64,000 bases of DNA, from positions 5,580,001 to 5,644,000 of the forward strand of contig CP075492.1 of NCBI GenBank assembly GCA_021613535.1, written 5' to 3'. The translations under genes and the position numbers were made by a program. This document shows, piece by piece, positions 29,782-42,000 of the stretch; the first letter of the stretch is position 1, and every line of letters begins with the position of its first letter. The DNA is from Adineta vaga. Its lineage: Eukaryota; Animalia; Rotifera. The notes under the pieces are model-generated. The model saw nothing but the letters and a program-made list of their open reading frames with translations. It made no database searches and was not told the origin of the DNA.

Positions 29782-30963
29782 CAGGGTTGCCAAACCTCCT
29801 GATTTTTAATTCCTTTCTTATGGTTAAGTTTTTACGACGTTTCATGTGCGAAGAATGAGAATAAAGAGAATAGTGACAGCTAGATATATATGATAGCGAA
29901 GCGGCGTCGTATATCTCGAATTCTCTTGATAAACACTTTAGAGAAATATGAATTCATATATAAGATATACACCTACTAACAAAAATCTTTTCACCATTTT
30001 TATTTCTGTTCTATCATACTTTGAATAAAATTTGTTGTATAGTATAGATATGACTTGAGCGTTTTATTTCAGTATGGTAAAACGATCATAATGTAATAAA
30101 ACTGGAGTTATATTTTACTCGACAATACATTTTATACAAGATATGATAAAAAATGAACAAATAGAGGAAAGAATTTTGTGCGATGGAGTAATTTCGGAAA
30201 CCATATTTTTAACTGAGCATTACAATAAATAATTAGATAACCTGTGTTTTGTGCCTTATTTTACCAACTCTACCAGAAATATGTACGGTAGTTTCGGTTA
30301 TTTTGTCGTCAGAAACATGATTGCCAAACTAGTGGTTATTGAAAAATTTCAATTCGTAAAATTTTCATCCCTACGAGCCGTTTAATCTTGTTAGACTCGA
30401 TCCGATTTCAGTGCTGCCATAGACCGATGAATAATGAGTTTAAAGAACTAATCATGAGTCAAAGTTTCAGTGACACAAAATTTTCATGATATGATAACAG
30501 GAATAGAATAAAAGAAATAATCTTAATGGATGTCGAGCTAAGAATTAAAATGGGAAAATCAGTGAAATAGTGCAGAATAGTCAAACAAACAAATTCACTC
30601 TGAAGAGAAATACAAGCATGTAGCAATAATAACAAAAAAGGATGCAGGAGGAGCTTTACTCTGTTCTGTTTCGATTCTTCAGCAATTTCTTAAGACACAC
30701 TTATGGCAGTTTTGCTGGCATTATTCAATGTACAGCTTCAAAATAATTAGTAAAATAAACGATGTATAATTACCTTTCTGTATTTCTTTGTTTTGCTCAG
30801 TAGGATAGATTGTTTCATTAACTTACTTGTTAAGAACCAAAATTGTAAACATTTGAAAATGAAAAGCTTTGCTTTTTTGGAAAAATTACGTGACACTGCT
30901 GTATTTTCCATCTGGTTTAAAGAAAAAACTCCTGATTTCTGAAATTTGAATTTGGCAACCCTG
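29782..30963. mobile_element. Non-autonomous hAT-superfamily DNA transposon, 1182 bp
   Basis: Perfect 13-bp TIR CAGGGTTGCCAAA (29782-29794) / TTTGGCAACCCTG (30951-30963). 8-bp TSD gaactaat (29774-29781) / gaactaac (30964-30971). Subterminal ctcctgattt near both ends. No long ORF. Confidence 0.88.
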
Positions 30964-31033
30964 GAACTAACGATAACTTTTGCAAGATCTTTCTCAATTT
31001 ACTTGTTTTATCTAGGTTACTACAGACAAGTGG

Positions 31034-32164
31034 ATGGCGAAGCTGAACTATAAGAAGACATATAGATATCCATCATTCAAATGCAATGTGAATCAATTTT
31101 TTCTTATGATTTTCGTAGCAATTACTATTACTTTTATCTTATATTTTATTCATTCGTATTTTACGGAATATGAGTTCGAGCCACCTATCAGTGAGATAAT
31201 ACCAACAAATCAAACTCTTCTATCAAATAATAATGTCAAATGTATTGTATATGTCCATAGACGTATGGGTCGTCTTGGTAATAATCTGTTCACTGTGGCA
31301 AGTGCTTATGGTCTTGCACGTCTTCATTCTTGTAATTTATTTTTAAAACAACCTATCATTGACGAACTAAAATCTGTATTTAATTTTGATTTTTCTTCTC
31401 TACTTATCTCAGAAGCAACATTCATTTCACTTAGTAGCAATAGTCAAAAGCCGATGTCTAGAATGAGAAAAAACATTGTATGCGGATATGTTATTGAATT
31501 AACACGTCCAAATGCTATTCCACCAGGATCAATATTTCACCTTGAAGGTTATTGGCAAGCATACTTACATTTTATCAAATATGGTGATGAAATTCGACAA
31601 AATATTTTTGTCCCAACACCGAAAATATTGAAGACAGTTTCAACATTTTTTCTGCAACTTTGTCAGAAAAAGTTTAATTTCACTTCACAATTTTCATCGG
31701 AAAATCACCAATTACTGAAACAACAATTAGCTCAGATGAATCAAACAACATGGATTGGAATTCATATTCGTCGAACAGATTTTCTTCCTATTAATTTTTC
31801 CTCATCTGATGCATATATTATCTCTGCTATTCGATATTATATTGCTCGTTATCCAAACGCTCATTTCATAGTTGCAAGTGATGATAAACCTTATTGTAAC
31901 CGTCTGTTTTATAAACAATCAAACATTTTTGTTACACCTTCTTCGTTTTTACTTGGTGATGACTTGATAACTCTTTCAGTTTGTCAACATTCTATCATGA
32001 CCGGCGGAACGTTCGGTTGGTGGGCAGGTTATCTTACTAATGGTTTTGTGGTACATGATAATCAATTTCCACCTGGATGTGAAAATCGAGCATATTATTA
32101 TCCACCATGGTATTTAGTCGATGCATATGGACGTGGGTCTATGAATGGTCCATTTATTTTATAA
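31034..32164 (+). CDS. GT11 alpha-1,2-fucosyltransferase-like, intronless CDS
   Basis: Type II TM anchor, GRLGNNLF, LEGYWQ, GIHIRRTDF, FIVASDD and GTFGWWAGYL motifs. Confidence 0.92.
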   Translation: MAKLNYKKTYRYPSFKCNVNQFFLMIFVAITITFILYFIHSYFTEYEFEPPISEIIPTNQTLLSNNNVKCIVYVHRRMGRLGNNLFTVASAYGLARLHSCNLFLKQPIIDELKSVFNFDFSSLLISEATFISLSSNSQKPMSRMRKNIVCGYVIELTRPNAIPPGSIFHLEGYWQAYLHFIKYGDEIRQNIFVPTPKILKTVSTFFLQLCQKKFNFTSQFSSENHQLLKQQLAQMNQTTWIGIHIRRTDFLPINFSSSDAYIISAIRYYIARYPNAHFIVASDDKPYCNRLFYKQSNIFVTPSSFLLGDDLITLSVCQHSIMTGGTFGWWAGYLTNGFVVHDNQFPPGCENRAYYYPPWYLVDAYGRGSMNGPFIL

Positions 32165-32230
32165 TGAGATAGTTTGCTTTTGTTCTGAAATTAATTATAC
32201 TTTTTAACTTAATTTATGTCACATATGTAT

Positions 32231-32375
32231 AACAAACAGTTCATCTTTTAATAAATTAAACATAAATAGAAGATTCTGATTACTTCTAAAGTTTTTCCAA
32301 TGATACTTTTTCTTCTGAATCTTTTTGCATAGCATAAAAAAAGACAAGTAAACAGCAGTTTTAATCTTATTCAAT
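32231..32375 (-). pseudogene. Decayed duplicate of the PSMC5 terminal exon with flanking intron and 3'UTR (direct repeat of ~33548-33703)
   Basis: The minus strand at 32280-32333 reads MQKDSEEKVSLEKL*K*, versus the functional IMQKDSEKNVSLKKLWK*. The acceptor AG is lost and the flanks also align. Confidence 0.85.
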
Positions 32376-32836
32376 ATTTTTTCAGTATTAAAGAATGAAC
32401 AAAAAATTCTAAAGATCTAGTTTAATTATTCATTTCATATATTCGCATAATGATCAGTCAGCACATATGTCTTTCCTTAGAGTCTCTTCGACTGAATCAA
32501 TCATAAGTCGAAGTAAAAATGTCAAATTCCAATGATTTGTTCGAAACACCGTAGAATAAATCGTTGATTACGAGCTGTTTGCCATTTCAACGAATCACAT
32601 TTGTTGTGTTTCACCTTTCTGGATTAAAGCATATTTATTGCGGACGGACTACAACTTTACACTATTTTTCATCTAAAAACCTTTTATATACGTCAAGAAC
32701 TGTCGACATATTTTTTTTTCTTGCGTTCTTATTCTTTTCCTCTCGCTAAATGTTGCAAAAACGAGCGAATGACATATGATTCTGTTTTTTTTCTTCCTTT
32801 TCTCGTGCACTCGAGTCAAAATAAAAAGAAAAACTA

Positions 32837-33199
32837 ATGCCAACTGGTATGATTGGTCGTGCTGCGCCCTGTTTAGTTCATGGATGTACAATTTGGAACA
32901 AATCCAATGGTAATGTTTATGTCCGAGTTTTATATGAACCAATTCGTACTCATGATGATGATATTCACGAGCGACGTGTTGAATTTCAATTAACAAAAGC
33001 AAGTCAAACAAAAGTTGATGAGGAAGAATTCAACATGGGTTCATATCAAGTACGAGAAACAATTCGAGCGATTGAAGTTACTCGAACAAATGGACAAATA
33101 CAAGAAATTACTGCTCCTTTTGAGAATGTTAATGGTATTGAACTTGATTGGTTATTCATTATTGAAGATAGAAATATTAGATCAGTTGAACCTAAATAA
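32837..33199 (+). CDS. Hypothetical 120-aa protein, intronless, probably beta-rich
   Basis: Clean ATG-to-stop ORF with host-like codon usage, protein-like composition and a downstream AATAAA (~33274). No family recognised. Confidence 0.75.
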   Translation: MPTGMIGRAAPCLVHGCTIWNKSNGNVYVRVLYEPIRTHDDDIHERRVEFQLTKASQTKVDEEEFNMGSYQVRETIRAIEVTRTNGQIQEITAPFENVNGIELDWLFIIEDRNIRSVEPK

Positions 33200-33607
33200 T
33201 TCATGACTAACTATTCCATCTCATATTTAGTTCTTATTCTTTAATATCTTTTTTCTTCTAATGAACTGTTTACAATAAAATAGTTTAGATCCGTCTTTTT
33301 AATTCAATAATATTTTATCAATTTTCATAATAGCAATGATGAGAAAAAAAAAGTAACTAGGTACTTTTTTCAATGAGATTTATGTTCTATTCCCATTCTT
33401 TCACGTCCGTGTAAAGTGTGACGAACGCAAGTATAAAAGTATTCAATGCTTTGAATGACTTTGTTAGTCAAATCTATCTCTACATTTCGGAATTAGTCAC
33501 GTCTTCATGACGATTTGTCTTGGTTTTTATTTATTTTGTATATTTATAATAAACAGTCGAACTGTAAATGAATTGATCATAAAAAAAGAAGAAAAAAAAG
33601 ACGTCGA

Positions 33608-35346
<1,739 letters not shown>

Positions 35347-36043
35347 ATACAAATCAGAAAATCTAGAACAAATCAAACTTTGATCTAAATGTACTACACT
35401 CTATTCGACAAACGACATTGAGTTATGTTATGTACCAGCAATGAATCTATTACCTATAGATGTCGCAATTTATCGCTATATCAACTAGATTGATTTCGTT
35501 TAAAAAATTTATTAAGCCAATATGCATCACATAATAATCATGTTTTTTTCCAAGTTAGTTTTTTTCTCAAAAAAGATCATACACACACACACACGCGCAC
35601 ACACTTACAACAACAACAAAAAAAAAGAAGAAGAACAAAAGAACTTGAAGAGAAATATAAACAATGGCGAAATAGTTTTTTCCTATTAAATACACCGAAC
35701 ATTTATCAAGAACAAAAATGTCCTAACATCTTTATCTATTCACAACGTTTGGCGTATTCAATCGAAGAAGAAAAAGAAGAAGAAAAAAGAGAACAATGAA
35801 TAACAATATTTCATGCTCAAGAAAGAGATCGTGGTTGCTTTTTTTTGTATAAATAATAGTCAAAAAATTTGTCTAAGGATATAACAACAGTGAACATATG
35901 TAAGAAAAAGAAAACAAATAAACGAAGAAATTCATTCTAACCAGAATATTGCTTTTCATTTTGCCCCAAATATCATCGAAAGTTCGTGGGTGGTTTTGTC
36001 TTTTATACAAGATATTAGAAATTAGGAAGAATTCTGGATTTGA

Positions 36044-39000
36044 TTAAGGCTTAACAATAGCTGGTTGTTGGGCAGACATAGGTGATGTCGGAAATTGAGG
36101 AAAACCATGAGTAAGTGTTGCTAATAATCTAGAAACATACACATAAGATAAAATTTATTTCAGAGAAGATAAGGTGAACTTACCGTTTGACATCTGGTGA
36201 AATACTCATAAATTCTCGTGACCATAATTTTAAATTTGGATTTCGTACAAGTTCCAAAAATGTTACTAACAATCCCCATGGATGCGGTCGGTTTGCAACT
36301 AATCGTTCAAGTAAAACTCTAGAATTAAATAATAGAAATCAGTTTATCAATTTCTTCTTTCTTACCGAACGATTTGTTCTTGTAAAGCTTCTGAATTTGC
36401 TTCAGCAAATAAATATAAAATTGTATAACTAAAATAATGTGTATGTGTATTTGGATATCTTAAATGATTAGCCATAGCATTTAAAAATAAATAACGTCCT
36501 TCCGTATCTAAATCGACTGCTAAATTTTGAAAAATATCCATATGTGCTGTATGTGTTATTGATGACATTAACGGTTGTTTATTATTAATCGTTGATAATG
36601 CTTGAGTTGCAACATATAAAACAAGTGCATTTAACATTCGTATATTATAATGTGAACCAGGATCTGAACCTTGTTGTAAATACGAACGTAATTCAGATAA
36701 AAATGTCACCGGTGAACGTGTACGTAAATATGAATCAAGATTGGATTTAAATTTCGATGGTTGAATATTCATGGAATAATTATAGGATATTGTTGGTGTT
36801 GTTGATATATCATTTAACATATCGATTTTAATATTAACTTTAAATGGATCAGGACAACGAATATGTTTTGGAAATGATGATAAAATAATATTACGTAATT
36901 GATGAGATATTAATGGCAATGAATCACAAAATTCATAATAATGTTCACATAAAAATTCAGGAAAATCATGTAATAATAACATGAATGTTTTGAGAATACC
37001 TTTGTAATAAGCTTGAAATGATGGTGTATTTTCACCGGAACGAATAAATGGTGCGACAAGACGTAATGCATCGACAAGAAGTAAAGAATACATATTTTGA
37101 ATTTGACGAAAATATCGACCACCGGATAATAAATAACGAGACATGAACGTTCGATGAGCAACGATTTCAAGCCATGCAAAGGCAAAGCCAGTAACACGTT
37201 GTGGACGAAGAAGATGCAAACAATTCGTAAATGCTAAATAAATGTAATACATGACTGGATCACTTGGTGAAGGATTCTCAACATTGGATGTTGAACTAGA
37301 ATAGAAAATAAAATAATGAAAAAAAACAAAAAGAAAACTCAAAGGCATTCTCATACGTAGATGTATTTAATGTAACAGAATTGGTTGATTCTTGAAAAAG
37401 ATTCAATATAATTCTTTGGTATGCTAATGGATGAAAATGATCTCCTTGTTCTTCATGATCCAAAAAGCAAAGTGCTGCGATCAAGCCTAATATACAATTA
37501 ATCAAATGTATTCGTGTACCATAATTAGTATTATCTGATGTATGAGTTGTTAATAAATATAAAAATCGACATAAAGAATCAATGCCTTGATGACAACGAA
37601 TATATTGTGGTTGTTGTTGTTGTTGCTGTTGTTGAGAAATTGAAGATGAATTTTGACGAACAACATCATAAACATTATTAACACATAATTGAATTGTAGT
37701 ACGAAGAAATTTCGCAATTGTATCATCGGAACGAAAGATTCCTTGAATTGTCATCTAAATTTAAGTGAATAATTTCTCTTCATGAACGAATTTACAATCG
37801 AGGGAAAAAAAAGTACCAACCTGATTGAAAAATTCAGGAAATGCTTGTTGTTGAGTAATTCGATTTGTTTGTGTCATTGTTAAAACAACCCAATCATTTA
37901 AAATACCTTTAGCTTTATTAACAATCGTTGCTGTTTCAATATCATCAATGGATAAATATTTCATTCCATTATTAATAACTGATAAAGATAAAATAGCTAA
38001 TTTATCGATTTTATTTTCATTTGAATCATTCAATGATGTATAGTTTAATCGAATTATTTCTAAGAGATCACGTACGGCTTCGGCTGGTTGTTTACCAATT
38101 AAAGAAATTCGATGAAGTGAATCAATTGTTAATGCAATATCATTATCGGAACAAGATGGCTGTTCAATAACACAATTTCGAAGAAAATTTACAGCAAAAT
38201 GAAGTGCAGAATTGTTTCCCGAATCGATTAATTGTGATATATGCATATCAATTTGTCGAATATCCAAAAGACGTGTACGAATTAAATGATGAACAGCAAA
38301 GATATTAAATTTAATATCATTCGAACATTCTAACCAAGATTTTGTTAATTGTTTATTGATAACAGATAGATGTAAACGAATTTCAATTAATAATTTCAAA
38401 ACATTCATATGAATTGTTTTGAAACGTTCGAAATTTTCATTATCTTGAATTTGAGATTGAATTGTATAATGTTCGAGAAAATTATATAAGATTACATGTA
38501 AAAGATTTGTCAATGCAACCTGAGGACCACTATTGGAATTTTGATTTTGTAAATTTGATCGAAGAATATTCACACTTTCTAATAAACGTTGAAATGCTGT
38601 TGTGAATAGACTATTATGTTGACTTTGAATTGTTTGATCAATTTCAGAAATAATACGATCCCAAACGGAAGGAACACTTTCATCCATAGTAACTAACTCT
38701 CGTTTTTCACTATCATTGGGTTTGAAACCTGGAATAAAATGAACAAAATCTTCATAAATTGCTAATTGATGAGAAGAAAATGGGCCATAATGTAAACGAA
38801 TTTGTTCAGGTAATTTTTCTTCATTGGTATTCGGAGGAACGGTTAATTGTCTTCCTTCAGCTCTACAACGTTGTCGTAATTCGATTTCATTTGCTAAACG
38901 TTGATCAATAATTTGTATTGCACGACTGATGGTGATACGTTGCAAAAGACAACAACATAATTCAATATTTGATGTGGCTATTTCAGTTGCTGCTTGAACA

Positions 39001-42000
39001 ATCATTTCACTTGTTGCTTGTTCATTTGTTGTTGTCGGTGCTGTTTGAGATAGACCCAGAGCTGAATGAAAATGAACTTTAATAAATGATTGAATTTGTT
39101 CTTGTAATGGTGCACGAGCTGTGATTAGAACAAGACCACTACTAAGATATGCAACCATATTTCGTGCTGATGTACGTAATTGTTGTTCATCAGGATTTAA
39201 AACGAAATCTTTACGAACAATTTGTTCGGCAGCTGTAGTTGCAACTTTAAGTGAACGTTGAACTGTTTGAAAACTTTCATTAATAGCCTGTTCAATTGGT
39301 GTATAGATATGTGTTTTAAGATTTGGATGAAGTCGAAAAAGTGTTATGTTAGAATTAATTTTTAACATTGAACTTAACGATTGAAATGTTGATGGTTTGA
39401 AATCAGATAATCGATATTGTGGTTCAGGCGCAGTTGTAATAGCAGCTGCTGCTGTCGATGGTGCTGTTAATGATGCAGTTGGTTGAGGTGATGGATTAAT
39501 AGCAGGCGATGGTGGAATTGGAGGAGCAGGAGTAGATAATTGTTTTTCAAGTTTATCGAAATATTCTTTATTTATCAAAATATGATGAACAGGAAGTTCC
39601 TAAATATGAAAAAAGAAAGTCTTTAACTTCAAACAAAAAAGCAATACATGTGATACTTACATTCAATTGAATTTCTAATTGTTTACAAAGAACTTCAATT
39701 TCAAATTTCAAATTCAATTTAAAATCCGGTGTTCCATGCATTTCTGCTAAGATAGACATAATGCCCATTAACCATGGATTAGGTTGTTGAAAAATCTATT
39801 GAATATCGAAGAGAAAATTCACATCAGATCTAACAACTATTTTTCTCTTTTTACTTTGCTTTTTGCACATGATTCTAAGATTTTTGAAACGAATGGTATT
39901 ACATACAATAATTCTTGTGGACCCGTATGATATGCTTCAATAATTAACGATTTTACTTCCAAGTCCTATAAGAAAGAAAAGAAAATCTATTGAATTCAAG
40001 AATGAGTAACAAACCGTAGCAATAATTGGCTTATTTCTTCCAATTGTAATCATACCAAGCCAATGGCCAAGATTTTTCAATAAAGTACGATCAGGAATAT
40101 TATTGATTTGTTTATCGCTTAATAGAAGAATCTACAGAGAATTGAAACGTTCTGTTTTTTCCATAAATAATTTCAGAAGAAAAATTCTACTTTGATATTT
40201 CGATGTGTTTCACTTAATACTGCATCGAATAATAGTGTAATATTCAATGTATTGAGAAGACCAGCATATAACGGATGAAAATTATGTTCTAATGAAACAC
40301 GTTTAAGAACTAAATATTGAGCAACCCATTTCCATAATTGTTCATCATTATTTAATATTTCTTTTAATTCTTGTGCCTAGAATATCGAAAACATTGTTGC
40401 TTGTTTTATTTTCAAATCAAATTAAATACTTTTTGAGTAAGATTTGAAAGTGATAAATTATTAAATGTAAATGCAACTTTATCACTGATTTGTTCCGGTG
40501 GTTGTTTTGCTCGAACAAGGTTATAACTTGGATCATTGATTAATGTTCGAATATTGGCATTTTGCGTCAATGATGGCTGAATCGATTAAAAAACAACGAT
40601 AGAATATAGAAAAGTAGAATTTTTTGTTCACATACGCCTTTTTGTGCCGGATTATCTCTTCCAATTGAATTAAATTGTTGTTGTTGTTGTGATGGCGGTT
40701 GTTGTGGTTGTTGTTGACTAGGTGCAACTGCTGGTGTACTATTCATTCTTGAGAAAATATGAGAATGTGGACTTGTTGCCACTGGTTGTGTTGCTAGATT
40801 TGATGTCGGTGTCAAAGTACGTAATGGATCAAATGATTGAGCAATCGATGGTTTTGTATTAAATTCAAGATAATCACGAATTGGTGCTGGAATTTCAGAA
40901 TATGTTGGTGAAATACGTAAAGCTTGAACTAAAGCTGATTGTTCACGGATTCTAAATAGAGAATGTAAATGATAGTTGTTGACGAACATTATTCTATAAA
41001 CTATAAAATATTTGATTTGACTCATACTATTTTCTATGTATATTTCTAAAATAGCATCTTGCTTTTGAGAATGAATGTGAGTAGGAAGATTTGCACATAC
41101 CAGTCATTGGACTAGAATTCAATGTATTTCTTCGAAAGAATTATATCAGTTATTGCATTAGTTAAAAACAAACGACTGATTTACTAACTAAGTCTATATA
41201 ACTATTTGTTTGCTATTATATTTCTCTTGTTGGTAGATTTTTAGTCACATGTTTACTATCATTCCTTATCGAATATGAATCGAATGTTTTCGCAGGTAAG
41301 TCTTTCCTAACCAATGAAAATGACTTTTTTCGTCCTACCGTGATTTGCATCGATCAAGTGCTGTAACTGCAAAATTCCATAGGTTTGTTCCAGTTGGTTT
41401 TTTTAAACCTTCGAGAATGACTCGAAATGCAGCAAATAAAACATGATTTGGGAAAAGACCACGTTCAAAAAGTCCACCAAATAACTGGGCTGTTAAAAGT
41501 AATTCTCTTTCTGGATATTGTGAATAGAATTTATATTCTTCAAATAAATTTTTAACACCATTTTGAAAAACTTCCTTGAAAAGAAACGAAAATAGACATT
41601 TGAAGTACAATGAAATCTTACTCTTTCGCGTGGAATAACTGAATCTTTACATTTTGTTAAGATATCAAGGAATTCATCAACGGAAATAGGTGGCGGATTG
41701 CTTGTTTTTGAATATAAACGTTTGAAATAAACATCCACATCTGAGATTTCATTCATTGGCGAAAGATCATTAGTTGCTGAATCTGATGAAGAAAAGAAGA
41801 AAAAATAAATAGATCGAGTAAGAAAAATAAAAAAAAAAGAAGGTAAAAGAATTGAAAATTCTCTTACTTTGATCCATTCTTATTTTCTATGAGATATTTT
41901 GACTGAAATTTTCTTTTGTTTTTTTTTTCATTCGATCATCGTCGAATACACATATATATGTATACGAATCAATAGATATAAACCCTCGATAATGATGAGC

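Noticed and set aside
30400-30800. Possible transposase remnant inside the hAT element
   Set aside because: Only short stop-interrupted frames and no recognisable hAT motif by eye; would need tBLASTx or an HMM search.
41293-41301. ACTTACCTG as the start of a U1 snRNA gene
   Set aside because: The following sequence shows no U1 stem-loops or Sm site. Kept only as a possible local pairing element.
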